In this document: one piece after another, positions 43,906 to 53,663 of the stretch
How the letters are laid out: each line of letters starts with the position of its first letter
How positions within the stretch are numbered: position 1 is the first letter of the stretch
Assembly (NCBI GenBank): GCA_964349135.1
Contig: CAYGFK010000005.1
Location: forward strand, 1 to 57,895
Direction of reading: 5' to 3'
DNA: 57,895 nucleotides
Source: an uncultured Candidatus Saccharibacteria bacterium
GTDB taxonomy: Bacteria > Patescibacteriota > Minisyncoccia > Phycocordibacterales > DSPV01
Program-made: the position numbers and the translations under genes
Notes under the pieces: generated by a model
Seen by the model: the letters and a program-made list of their open reading frames with translations, nothing else
Told to the model about the DNA's origin: nothing
The model's database searches: none

Positions 43906-46010
43906 CCTTCCATCATGAGACTGCCACAGAGTTGGCAGGTACGTCCGGTCGGCCGGGCTTTGATAGCGAATCGACACTTCGGATAGTTTGAACAGGAGAA
44001 GAATGGGCCAAAGCGTCCGCGACGTTCAACAATTTCTCCCGTTTTACACTCAGGACAGGTAACGCCGGTCTTTGCTTTTTCCTCCTCTTCAGCACTCTTT
44101 TTGATGAATTTACACTTAGGATAGTTTGCACAGGCGACGAATCGTCCGAAGCGCCCATCTCGCTCAATGAGCTTACCCCCGTCTTTCGGGCAAATTTCCC
44201 CGGTCTCCTTCGGCCCCGCAAGCTCAACACCGTCTATGGTGCGCGCGCCTGTACATTCGGGGAACTTTGCGCACGACATAAATTTTCCGGCTTTTGAGAG
44301 CTTGATTATCATTGGTCCACCACATTTAGGACATTTCCACTGTGGGTCAGCGTCGCCAAGATTGGTAATCTTTTCGGCAGTTTTTGATTTCTCTTTCACT
44401 TCTTTGAGGAACGGTTTGTAGAAATCTGAAAGTGTTTTCTCGTATTTACGTTTGCCTAGCGCAATTTCATCGAGCTCGTCTTCCATTCGAGCGGTGAATG
44501 AGTCGCCGATATATTCGTTGAAATTATTCTCAAGGAATCCGGAGACAACCATGCCGGTATCGGTCGGTTGGAGTGAACGCCCTTCTTTGGTGACATATTC
44601 TCGGCTTACGAGAGTTTCGATGATGGAGGCATAGGTTGACGGGCGACCGATACCGCGTTTCTCGAGCTCTTTAATAAGGCCAGCTTCGGTATATCGAGGT
44701 GGTGGTTGCGTCTGTTTTTCTTCAGTGTGTATTTCGTGGAGCGAGAGTTTTTCGCCTTCGGAGAGCTTGGGCAATTCAGTATCTTCTCCGCGCGCTTCCG
44801 GGTCGGCAAGTAGCCATCCCGGGAAAATAACTCGAGAACCGGTTACGGCAAAATCTGGTATGGGATTTTCTTCGACATTGGCAACGACTTTGGTACGAAG
44901 CGTCTTTGCGTCCGGCATTTGGCTCGCAACGGTTCTCTGCCAAATGAGTCGATATACCTTCTTTTGGTCGTCCGTTGTCCCGACGGCAGTCTTTGAAAGG
45001 TCGGTCGGGCGTATGGCTTCATGGGCTTCTTGCGCATTCTTTACCTTTTTTGAGTAGGTGCGTAGTGAGACAAATTCTTTTCCGAATTTTTTAGTGATGG
45101 TATCGGCCACCATATGTTTTGCAACCTCAGCGAGGTTTGTGCTGTCGGTACGCATGTAGGTGATGTGTCCCGCTTCGTAGAGTTTTTGTGCCGCACGCAT
45201 GGTGCGTCCGGGAGAGAAACCAAGACGAGAACTTGCCGTTTGTTGTAGGGTAGAGGTGATGAACGGTGCCTTGGGTGACCGGGCAACTTCCGTTTCAGTT
45301 ATTTTTTTGATTGACCAAGAGCCTTTTTTTGCTTCTGTAACAATTCGGTCTACTTCAACACGTTCTCGGGGCTCTTCGGCGCACGTGAACGTGAGCGTAC
45401 CTTGTGTGGCGTTTGTAAGGTCGGCTGTGATAGACCAGAATGTTTCAGGTTTAAAACTTTCGATTTCACGCTCTCGTACGGCGAGAATGCGAAGGGCTGG
45501 GGATTGTACGCGTCCGGCTGATAGCCCGTATCGCACCTTCTTCCAGATGAGGCCGGAAAGGTCGTAGCCGACGAGTCGGTCGAGCACGCGACGCGCTTCT
45601 TGTGCGCGACGAAGGTTTTCATCTATCTTTCGCGGATTTTTAAGCGCTTCTATGACGGCCTCTTTAGTAATCTCATGATAAACCGCCCGTGAGATGGGGA
45701 TTTTGATTTTCTTCTCTTTTAGGATTTCGGCGAGGTGCCAGGCAATTGCTTCGCCTTCACGGTCGGGGTCGGTTGCGAGAATAATCTCACTGGCCTTTTT
45801 TGCCGCCGAGGTAATGTCCGAGACCACTTTCTCTTTTGCTTTTACGATTTCGTAATGCGGGATAAAACCACCTGCGATATCAATCGCATTTTTGTTCGAT
45901 TTCGGGAGGTCTCGGATGTGACCGACAGACGCTTTCACAATGTATTCTTTCCCGAGGTATTTAGAAATCGTCTTTGATTTTGCAGGCGACTCTACTATAA
46001 GGAGTTTCAT
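43827..46010 (-). CDS. topA: DNA topoisomerase I (type IA) with C-terminal Zn ribbons
   Basis: LLIVESPAK, ATDPDREGE, GRVQS, HITYMRTD (catalytic Tyr) and four C4 Zn fingers. Confidence 0.98.
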   Translation of the reverse strand: MKLLIVESPAKSKTISKYLGKEYIVKASVGHIRDLPKSNKNAIDIAGGFIPHYEIVKAKEKVVSDITSAAKKASEIILATDPDREGEAIAWHLAEILKEKKIKIPISRAVYHEITKEAVIEALKNPRKIDENLRRAQEARRVLDRLVGYDLSGLIWKKVRYGLSAGRVQSPALRILAVREREIESFKPETFWSITADLTNATQGTLTFTCAEEPRERVEVDRIVTEAKKGSWSIKKITETEVARSPKAPFITSTLQQTASSRLGFSPGRTMRAAQKLYEAGHITYMRTDSTNLAEVAKHMVADTITKKFGKEFVSLRTYSKKVKNAQEAHEAIRPTDLSKTAVGTTDDQKKVYRLIWQRTVASQMPDAKTLRTKVVANVEENPIPDFAVTGSRVIFPGWLLADPEARGEDTELPKLSEGEKLSLHEIHTEEKQTQPPPRYTEAGLIKELEKRGIGRPSTYASIIETLVSREYVTKEGRSLQPTDTGMVVSGFLENNFNEYIGDSFTARMEDELDEIALGKRKYEKTLSDFYKPFLKEVKEKSKTAEKITNLGDADPQWKCPKCGGPMIIKLSKAGKFMSCAKFPECTGARTIDGVELAGPKETGEICPKDGGKLIERDGRFGRFVACANYPKCKFIKKSAEEEEKAKTGVTCPECKTGEIVERRGRFGPFFSCSNYPKCRFAIKARPTGRTCQLCGSLMMEGTKTIPERCSNKACDMHQPGRKKVEK

Positions 46011-46059
46011 TAGGCGTAAGTATTACATGAACCTGAAAAAAATGGCAACTGTTGAATAA

Positions 46060-46223
46060 AAAAATAACGCTGCTGTATGTCCATACAGCAGCGTCGATGC
46101 AGAGTACAAACGTCGCATGCGAGCCCGCCTGTTGCGGGCGGACAGCGGTCGTCCCGACGTAAGCCTGGTGGCGTCTTCAATCTATAGCCGGCTCGTTATC
46201 AGTTGTTTTCTCCGCAAAGTCTA
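46060..46223 (-). ncRNA. Candidate ~160-nt structured small RNA between dprA and topA
   Basis: On the - strand: TTGACA (46257-46252), 16 bp, TATGAT (46235-46230). Several hairpins, a strong terminator at 46060-46094 and no convincing ORF. Confidence 0.4.
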
Positions 46224-46253
46224 AGAGATATCATACCCACTTTTACCTGTTTG

Positions 46254-47123
46254 TCAAGTAAGGCGTATTTCCCCGAGACTTTCTGATATAAACCCTTTTA
46301 TTTCGAGCACTGAAATGGCGGCATTCACTTCGCTGGCGCTCAGTCCGGACGTTCTAATCAGGTCGTCACGGGATTTCGGTTCGCGCAAAAGTTCGATAAT
46401 GTGACGTTCTGGCTCAGAGCATAATGCGTAATTTCTCGGTACGTTGCGTTTTGATAGTTCGTCTTGTATGCCAAGAGCGTCTCGAAGTTCTGCAGGAGAA
46501 GTGATTGGAGTTGCGCCGAGTCTGATGAGCATATGTGGTCCCGCAGAACCTGCGTTAAAAATAGACCCGGGTACGGTGAATACGTCACGGTTATATTCAG
46601 TCGCGAGCCGAGAGGTAATGAGTGTGCCGGAGCGCTGTTCAGCTTCAATAACGAGGACTGCGTGCGACATGCCGGCCATAATGCGATTTCGTTTTGGAAA
46701 TGAATACGGCGTTGCTCGGAATCCGGGTTCGAATTCGGAGAGAAGAGCGCCTCCATGCTCGAGAATAGAGCGAGCGAGTGGAACGTGTGAGGCAGGGTAA
46801 AGCGTTTCCCATGATAACCCTGAACCCGGCACGGCAATTGTTTTTAATCCGGCGCGCATCGCGGCTTTGTGTGCGATTGAATCAATGCCGAGCGCAAGAC
46901 CGCTTACGATAATCACCGGATAACCGCTAAGGCCCGCGATAAGTTGTTCGCAGACTTCACGTCCGTAGCTCGAGTATTTTCGTGAACCGACAACGGCAAG
47001 TAGGGTATAGTCGTCCCACGCAGGCAATTCACCCCTCCTTGTCAGCGTTGAGGGAGGGTCAGGTATTTCACTCAGGAGTGGTGGAAACTCGTTTGGTGTT
47101 AGTGTGTGTATGTCGTCAGACAT
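46254..47123 (-). CDS. dprA: DNA-processing protein DprA
   Basis: AVVGSRK.S.YG, IVSGLALGID..AH, FPKRNRI, SGTLITS and VPGSIF. Confidence 0.96.
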   Translation of the reverse strand: MSDDIHTLTPNEFPPLLSEIPDPPSTLTRRGELPAWDDYTLLAVVGSRKYSSYGREVCEQLIAGLSGYPVIIVSGLALGIDSIAHKAAMRAGLKTIAVPGSGLSWETLYPASHVPLARSILEHGGALLSEFEPGFRATPYSFPKRNRIMAGMSHAVLVIEAEQRSGTLITSRLATEYNRDVFTVPGSIFNAGSAGPHMLIRLGATPITSPAELRDALGIQDELSKRNVPRNYALCSEPERHIIELLREPKSRDDLIRTSGLSASEVNAAISVLEIKGFISESLGEIRLT

Positions 47124-47180
47124 TCATGTGCAGAGCGTTTTCGCTCGAAAATATCTTGTGTTATCATTGTCGTACGGTTT

Positions 47181-48452
47181 ATGCTTGATATCAAGTTTAT
47201 CCGAGAGAATAAAGAAATTGTTGACCTCGCCGCAAAAAAGAAGCGGATGAAATTTGACGTTCATGCGCTTATAAAATCAGATGATGAGCGTCGTACCCTT
47301 CTGCAAGGAATTGAAGCGAAACGTGCCGAGCAAAATGAGTTTTCAGGGCAAATTGTGGCTATGCCTCATGGCGAAGGCAAGGAAGCACTGCTTGGTAAGA
47401 TGAAGACTCTAAAGGGAGAACTCCAAGAAGAAGAAAAGAAGTTGGATGAGGTCATGAAGAAGTGGAGGAAGCTGATGCTTGATGTCCCGAACATCCCCGA
47501 TATGTCAGTTCCTGATGGCGCTAGTGATGCGGAAAATCAGGAGCTTCGTACGTGGGGCGCGAAACCGGTATTTTCGTTTGAACCAAAGAGTCATATTCAG
47601 CTTGCCGAGTCGCTTGACCTCGCTGATTTTGCGCGCGGAGCCGAAGTAAGCGGTTTTAGAGGTTATTTTCTTAAGAATGAGGGGGCACTACTTACGTTCG
47701 CGCTTTGGCAGTTTGTCACGCAGTTTTTTCGAGAGAAGCGTTATATGCCGATGATTGTACCGTCACTCGTGCGTCAACAGACACTGCTTGGCACCGGATA
47801 TTTACCACAGGGAGAAGAAGACCTCTATCACACCCAGGACAAAGAATATCTTGCGGGGACTGCCGAAGTTGCAACGATGTCGTACTATGCGGACCGTGTG
47901 TTTGAGAAGGGTGAGTTGCCACAGAAAGTTATTGCGTTTTCCGATTCATTTCGTCGTGAGGCGGGAAGCTACGGTAAGGATACCAAAGGACTTATGCGCG
48001 TCCATGAGTTCTATAAATTTGAACAAATTATTCTCTGTGAGGCGAGCCACGAGACAAGCGTTGCATTCCATGAGGAGCTTTTGAGGAATGCGGAGGCCTT
48101 GATGCAGGCGCTTGAAATCCCGTATCATGTTGTCGTCAATTGTTCAGGTGACCTGGGCCAAGGACAGGTAAAGAAATATGATATCGAAGCGTGGATTCCG
48201 TCAGAGGGTAGATACCGTGAGACGCACTCATGCTCGTATTTCCATGATTTCCAGACAAGGCGTTTAAATATCAAATACAAGGATGCCGACGGAAAGATGC
48301 GTTTTGCGCACTCGCTCAACAACACCGCACTTGCGATGCCACGCATTTTGATTCCACTTATTGAGAATAATCAACAAGCTGACGGTTCGATAAAAGTTCC
48401 GAAAGTGCTCGTGCCATTTGTCGGTACTGATACCATTCACGCGAAGCGATAG
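47181..48452 (+). CDS. serS: Seryl-tRNA synthetase
   Basis: MLDIKFIREN, coiled-coil arm, TAEV, FRREAG..G.D..GL.RVHEF.K.E and HSLNNTALA.PR. Confidence 0.97.
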   Translation: MLDIKFIRENKEIVDLAAKKKRMKFDVHALIKSDDERRTLLQGIEAKRAEQNEFSGQIVAMPHGEGKEALLGKMKTLKGELQEEEKKLDEVMKKWRKLMLDVPNIPDMSVPDGASDAENQELRTWGAKPVFSFEPKSHIQLAESLDLADFARGAEVSGFRGYFLKNEGALLTFALWQFVTQFFREKRYMPMIVPSLVRQQTLLGTGYLPQGEEDLYHTQDKEYLAGTAEVATMSYYADRVFEKGELPQKVIAFSDSFRREAGSYGKDTKGLMRVHEFYKFEQIILCEASHETSVAFHEELLRNAEALMQALEIPYHVVVNCSGDLGQGQVKKYDIEAWIPSEGRYRETHSCSYFHDFQTRRLNIKYKDADGKMRFAHSLNNTALAMPRILIPLIENNQQADGSIKVPKVLVPFVGTDTIHAKR

Positions 48453-48456
48453 AGCC

Positions 48457-49299
48457 ATGGGTACATTTTTGATGCACGAACGACCCCGCTTCTCTCGCGT
48501 CGTGCGAAGGAGGTGGAAGCACCGCTTTGTCTATGCATTGTTGATTGTGGTCATGTCAGTATCTTTTATAGGTTTGCTCGGGTTTTTGTCACATCGAGAT
48601 GGATATCTCATTGTTGAAATACAATCGAAAGGTAATACGCTTCTGCCTGGGGCGGATATCGCGTCTGAGACGAAAGAGTTTCTTGCGGGTTCGTATCTAG
48701 CTCTCTTTCCAAAAAATAATATATTTCTCCTGAGGAAGGGGGCTCTTATCGCCGCACTTCAGTCCGCGTTTCCGGTTATTGAGTCGGCTGATGTAAAGAA
48801 ACTCTCATTCACGTCAATTGCGATAGAGGTTAGAGAGAGGGAGCCGTATGCCCTTTGGTGCTCTCTTCAGGTAGATATCGGGCACCCTTGTTTTTTTGTT
48901 GACCGGAATGGGCTCCTGTTTTACGAAGCCCCGATATTTTCCGAGCAGGTGTATCTGACATTTTCGGAAAACGGAGGTCGAATACTTTCGGTGGGCGAGC
49001 ATGTCTTTACGGAGACTCGATTTAGTGAGTTTTTCTTCTTTATTCAATCGCTCGACACACTTGGTTTGAATGTAAAAGAGATTCGCATCGAGCCGGGTGC
49101 CGGTGACCTTGAAGACTATGCGCTTGTTCTTGGGCAAGGCACAGAGCTTTTTATTAGCAATAGTCTTGAGCTCGACCGGACACTTGAAAACATTACTGAT
49201 TTTTTTAGCGACCAAACTCTCATGTCTTCGCGGGACGCTTTTCTTGAGGGTATTTCGTACATCGATTTTAGGTTTGGCAATAAGGTCTACTATAAGTGA
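48457..49299 (+). CDS. FtsQ/DivIB-like cell division protein
   Basis: Basic N-tail, one TM, POTRA-like segment, and C-terminal YIDFRFGNKVYYK. Confidence 0.75.
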   Translation: MGTFLMHERPRFSRVVRRRWKHRFVYALLIVVMSVSFIGLLGFLSHRDGYLIVEIQSKGNTLLPGADIASETKEFLAGSYLALFPKNNIFLLRKGALIAALQSAFPVIESADVKKLSFTSIAIEVREREPYALWCSLQVDIGHPCFFVDRNGLLFYEAPIFSEQVYLTFSENGGRILSVGEHVFTETRFSEFFFFIQSLDTLGLNVKEIRIEPGAGDLEDYALVLGQGTELFISNSLELDRTLENITDFFSDQTLMSSRDAFLEGISYIDFRFGNKVYYK

Positions 49300-49354
49300 G
49301 TAATGTCCACGCCAAACCCTCTAGAGGAGTTTTGGACGAGGTATAATACATGGT

Positions 49355-49750
49355 ATGCATGTAGCATCAATTCTACCGAGTTATGTCATGTGGCATTACT
49401 CGATTGCGTTTCGGGATATTACCCGAGTGTGGACGAATTTTCTCTGGTTTTTCTTTAACTTTTTTTCGCTTGGCCTGCTTGCCAAATCACTCTTTGCACC
49501 ATGGCGTCGGATACGAGAGGAGAAGGGGCGAGGTTTCAGTATCGAGAGAATTGCTGAAGCAATCGTTACCAATACCGTCATGCGTCTGGTTGGTTTTGTG
49601 ATGCGTCTCGTTATACTCATTATCGGTACAGCCGTCTTTCTTATCGTATTTTGGGTAGGGATGGTCTTTTACCTGGTCTGGGCGCTTTATCCGGTAGTCA
49701 CGGTCGTTTCATTCGTGTACGGATTATCAACACTGACCGGACTTGTATGA
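49355..49750 (+). CDS. Small membrane protein translationally coupled to the Clp-like ATPase
   Basis: Stop overlaps the ATG at 49747 (ATGA). Has hydrophobic C-terminal segments. Confidence 0.75.
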   Translation: MHVASILPSYVMWHYSIAFRDITRVWTNFLWFFFNFFSLGLLAKSLFAPWRRIREEKGRGFSIERIAEAIVTNTVMRLVGFVMRLVILIIGTAVFLIVFWVGMVFYLVWALYPVVTVVSFVYGLSTLTGLV

Positions 49751-52254
49751 CCTTGTTCGATATTGAAAATCAGTCGAAGAGGTTTTATCCGGTGCTGGCG
49801 CTCGATACATTTTTCTCACGTTCACTCAGGGCTCATCTCATTAAGATTTTATTAGTCGTGCTCGCGTTCTCTGGTGCCGTTACGATACTTGCGTGCATTC
49901 CGTATATCTATACTCTTTTAATAACGTACGCATCGGGATTTGAAGACATACTCGCTCTTTTTGAAGGCACATTTTTTATCGTGCTCGCGTTCTTTCTTCC
50001 ACTATTTTCGATTCATACATTCTCGAACTCTCTTTATTACAGCGGGTTTGATAAGGTACTTACCGAGCACACGGAGAAAGGAAAGAGTCGGGTGTCGTTT
50101 TCAGTCGCCGCACTTTGCTTTGGCATGGATGCGCAAGACGTGACAAGGAGCTTTCTTCAGTTTTCGTACGGACATTTGATTTTGACTCGTGCAGGACTTG
50201 AACCCAATGAAATTGAACTCTTTCTTAAGAATCGGGCTTCGCCATTGCCCGCAGAGAAATTACTCATCGACCTATCTCGAGAAGAAGGGGTGGTGCATCT
50301 CTCGGATATTGCGCTTGCGATTTTCCATCAGGATAAAGAGTTTTCCGATTTTCTTTTTCATCGCGGTATCCAGGAGAAAAATTTTGCTGATGCCTCGCTT
50401 TGGGTGGCGCGTGATATTGCTCGGTTTAAGAAATATTCAAGATGGTGGTCTCGCGACCGGCTCGGTCGTGTTGAAGGCATTGCGAAAGATTGGTCGTACG
50501 GTACCGCATTTCGGCTCAGACGCTACTCGATTGAATTGACCGCGCTTGAATTCGCCCCACTTTCTACCAAACCAAAATATATTCAGGATGATGTTGAGCG
50601 TCTTGAGGCGACGCTTGCACGGACGCGCGTGGCGAACGCGATGCTTGTTGGTGTAACGGGGGGGAGCCGGAACGATGTGCTACGAGGTTTTTCATCTTTG
50701 GTGCAGGAAGGAAAAGCATTTCCCTCACTTGAGCATAAGAAGATTTACCTATTCGATTCGCAACGTCTTATATCGGAAGCGGGCAATAAGGCGAAACTTG
50801 AATCCGAGTTTACCAAACTTCTTGATGAAGCACTTGATGCACAGAATGTCATTATCGTTATCGACGAATTTGCGAGTTTTATTGAAAGTGCAACGAAAGT
50901 TGGGGTGAGTGTTGAGAGTATCCTGACACCGTATCTAAGAAGTCCGAAAATCCAGTTTATCTGTTTATCGAACCCTGAGATGTATCACCAGTATATCGAA
51001 CCAAATGCCGGACTTAAGGAACATTTTGAGACCGTGCTTTTAAAGGAGGGAGAGGACCTCGACATCATTCAGACTCTCCAAGATGAAGCGTCAACTCTTG
51101 AGGCTCAGCTTGGCGTTATCATTCCGCAGTCGACACTTACGCTCGTTGCGGAAAGTGCGGACCGTTATATTGTCGATGGCATTATGCCCGATAAGGCGAT
51201 AAGTCTTTTACATGAAGTGGCGACAAAATCTGCTCAAGAAAAACGGCCGCATGTTGGCAGGGGAGAAGTGCTCGCACTTATTCGGACGAAAACGGGTATT
51301 CCAACCGGCGCCGTGTCGGACGAAGAGCGAGATAAACTTATGAAGCTTGAAGAAGTCTTGCATCAGCGGGTTATTGGTCAAGACGAAGCCATTATGGCAA
51401 TTGCTGGTGCGATGCGACGGGCGCGCGCCGGAGTAACCAATCCGAATCGTCCAATCGGTTCTTTTCTCTTTATGGGTCCAACGGGTGTCGGAAAGACTGA
51501 AACGACGAAAGCGCTTGCTGAGGCATTCTTCGGCGATGAAGATAAAATTCTTCGTTTTGATATGTCAGAGTACAAGGCACATGATGCACTTTCGAAACTT
51601 ATCGGCGCGTTCGGGTCAAGTGCGCCCGGCGTGTTGACCACGATGCTCCGTGAGAAGCCGTATGGAGTTCTGCTCCTTGATGAGTTTGAGAAGACAACTA
51701 AAGATGTGATGGACCTCTTTCTGCAGATTCTTGATGAGGGGATGTTTGCGGATATGCGCGGAAAGAAAGTGAATGCTCGCAACCTTATTATTATTGCCAC
51801 CTCAAACGCGGGAAGCGACCTCATTTATGCAACCGTAAAACAAGGAGAAAATCTTGCCGCGAAGAAAGATACAATTATTGATTCAGTCATTGCACAAGGC
51901 GTGTTTAAACCCGAGCTCATGAACCGATTCGACGGTGTTATTCTCTTTCAACCTATCGATGATGTTCGACTTCGCGAGATTGCCAAACTCATGCTGGAGC
52001 GTTTCCGTTCCCGTCTCAAGTCACGAAGTATAGATTTGGTGGTGACCGATGAACTCATCAACTTTCTTATGCGGTATGGTGCCGACCCAAAATTTGGTGC
52101 GCGTCCGATGAATCGAGCCATTCAAGATGTTGTTGAACAAATTATTGCAGACAAGATTATTAAGGGCGAAGTTGGGCAAGGGCAGAAAATTGAGCTTACG
52201 AAAGATGATTTAGCTCGGAAGAGCTTGACACCACCGCCACCTGTGGTAGGATAG
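49747..52254 (+). CDS. Membrane-anchored Clp/Hsp100-like AAA+ ATPase (first AAA module degenerate)
   Basis: Two N-terminal TMs. Module 1 has GVTGGSRN in place of Walker A. Module 2 is intact ([32 protein letters not shown]). Confidence 0.88.
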   Translation: MTLFDIENQSKRFYPVLALDTFFSRSLRAHLIKILLVVLAFSGAVTILACIPYIYTLLITYASGFEDILALFEGTFFIVLAFFLPLFSIHTFSNSLYYSGFDKVLTEHTEKGKSRVSFSVAALCFGMDAQDVTRSFLQFSYGHLILTRAGLEPNEIELFLKNRASPLPAEKLLIDLSREEGVVHLSDIALAIFHQDKEFSDFLFHRGIQEKNFADASLWVARDIARFKKYSRWWSRDRLGRVEGIAKDWSYGTAFRLRRYSIELTALEFAPLSTKPKYIQDDVERLEATLARTRVANAMLVGVTGGSRNDVLRGFSSLVQEGKAFPSLEHKKIYLFDSQRLISEAGNKAKLESEFTKLLDEALDAQNVIIVIDEFASFIESATKVGVSVESILTPYLRSPKIQFICLSNPEMYHQYIEPNAGLKEHFETVLLKEGEDLDIIQTLQDEASTLEAQLGVIIPQSTLTLVAESADRYIVDGIMPDKAISLLHEVATKSAQEKRPHVGRGEVLALIRTKTGIPTGAVSDEERDKLMKLEEVLHQRVIGQDEAIMAIAGAMRRARAGVTNPNRPIGSFLFMGPTGVGKTETTKALAEAFFGDEDKILRFDMSEYKAHDALSKLIGAFGSSAPGVLTTMLREKPYGVLLLDEFEKTTKDVMDLFLQILDEGMFADMRGKKVNARNLIIIATSNAGSDLIYATVKQGENLAAKKDTIIDSVIAQGVFKPELMNRFDGVILFQPIDDVRLREIAKLMLERFRSRLKSRSIDLVVTDELINFLMRYGADPKFGARPMNRAIQDVVEQIIADKIIKGEVGQGQKIELTKDDLARKSLTPPPPVVG

Positions 52255-52265
52255 GGGCCGACAAT

Positions 52266-52376
52266 ATGCATAGACAGTGGTTTAATTTTTTCTTTTTTGC
52301 AGACTCTCGTTGAGAGCCAGTTTTTGTTGTTAAATCGATTGACACCATAAACGGACTCTCAACAGAGTCCGTTTTT
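52266..52376 (+). promoter_or_regulatory. Putative Phe/Trp-responsive transcription attenuator (leader MHRQWFNFFFFADSR)
   Basis: Leader ORF 52266-52313. GTTGAGAG (52309-52316) is complementary to CTCTCAAC (52356-52363) in the terminator AAACGGACTCT-caac-AGAGTCCGTTT-TT. Upstream promoter TTGACA (52225-52230), 16 bp, TGnTAGGAT. Confidence 0.8.
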
Positions 52377-52428
52377 AGTTCTTTCACAAGGTGTATGTCT
52401 AGTCAAACCCTCAACAATAGGAGAACCT

Positions 52429-53586
52429 ATGGTAGTTACAATGGAACCAGGAGTGCCCGCAAATGGCGAATCAGTCGCGGCTGTGGTGAGAAAAGCTCAA
52501 GAATACGGTCTTAACCCGGATGTAAAGACCGAAAAAGGTAAGAAGTACGTACTGACCCAAGTATTCTTACGTGATGGCTCGAAGACGTTAAGCGCCTCTG
52601 TCCCGGAACATATTTTCCGTGGATTGCCGGACGTGAATGCGGTCGTTCGAGTGACGCCACCTCGGGTCAGTGTATTCCACCGAGGAAACGGCGACCATCA
52701 TAAGGTCGATGTCGGTGGCGGTATGATTGGCACCGGACTTCCATGTTTGCTCGTTGCCGGACCATGCACGGTCGATACAAACATAAACGCCATTGCAGAA
52801 GGTCTTGCTAAGCAAGGTATTCGTCGATTGCGTGGTGGATGTTGGAAGCCTCGTTCGTCGCCATATTCATTTCCCGGTTTTGGGGAGAAATCGGTCCAGT
52901 GGCTACTCCGTGCCGCTAAGGAACACAACATGTCATCAGTATTTACTGAGGTAATGGAGTCGTCGCATATCGATGTTATCCGTCGCATCAAGCGAAAGGT
53001 CCGATACCATGGAACCGTAGTGCTGTGGGTTGGTGCTCGGACGGCGAATCCGATTCTATTGCGTGCCCTTGGTGCGCAATTAGAATTTCCGGTTATGGTG
53101 AAGAATTCACTCGACGCACTGGGTGTGGACGACCTCTTCGAGCGTGCAGAATGGGTACTTTCGGGAAATATTACGTGGGGAGAGAATGGTGACCTTGACC
53201 CAAAACGAAGTCTCCGTTCCGCCAATCACCACGTCATTTTGTGCCTTCGTGGTACAAGACAAACCGATAGGCGAAGTCCGTGGCGGTTTAATCCGAATCA
53301 TCACTGGACGGAACTTGTCCAGAGTCAGTCGTGGGCGCCAGTTGCCATCGACCCGTCGCACAGCGCAGGCAATCGCGACTTAGTGTATCGCAACATAAAG
53401 ACGGCATTGTCGTTTAGTCCGTCACTCTTGATTGTCGAAGGGGGATATCCTGCTAAAGGATTCCCCGGTCCTTATGGACAAGGATTTTGCGACGTCTCTC
53501 AAATGGTACCCGCTGAGCATATGTGCCATGTATCCGAATTGGTGACGGCACATAATGTTGAGAAGTATCGTAAGGAAACGTTCTGA
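52429..53586 (+). CDS. aroF: DAHP synthase, type I-beta, with N-terminal ACT-like regulatory domain (divergent)
   Basis: N-terminal ferredoxin-like domain, VAGPC, RGGCWKPRSSPYSF.G, VGAR, DPSHSAG, VEG and CD (four candidate metal ligands C/H/E/D). Confidence 0.82.
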   Translation: MVVTMEPGVPANGESVAAVVRKAQEYGLNPDVKTEKGKKYVLTQVFLRDGSKTLSASVPEHIFRGLPDVNAVVRVTPPRVSVFHRGNGDHHKVDVGGGMIGTGLPCLLVAGPCTVDTNINAIAEGLAKQGIRRLRGGCWKPRSSPYSFPGFGEKSVQWLLRAAKEHNMSSVFTEVMESSHIDVIRRIKRKVRYHGTVVLWVGARTANPILLRALGAQLEFPVMVKNSLDALGVDDLFERAEWVLSGNITWGENGDLDPKRSLRSANHHVILCLRGTRQTDRRSPWRFNPNHHWTELVQSQSWAPVAIDPSHSAGNRDLVYRNIKTALSFSPSLLIVEGGYPAKGFPGPYGQGFCDVSQMVPAEHMCHVSELVTAHNVEKYRKETF

Positions 53587-53596
53587 ACACATACAC

Positions 53597-53635
53597 AGCC
53601 GCCCGTTGCGCACGCAACGAGGCGGCTTTTCTTTT
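53597..53635 (+). terminator. Intrinsic terminator
   Basis: AGCCGCC-CGTTGC..GCAACG-AGGCGGCT followed by a T-tract. Confidence 0.8.
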
Positions 53636-53663
53636 AACCAAACGCTTGGTATCGTTCCTTTGT

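Noticed and set aside
43591-43977. ORFs 43591-43977 and 43674-43880
   Set aside because: Off-frame readings of the topA 3' end and its duplication.
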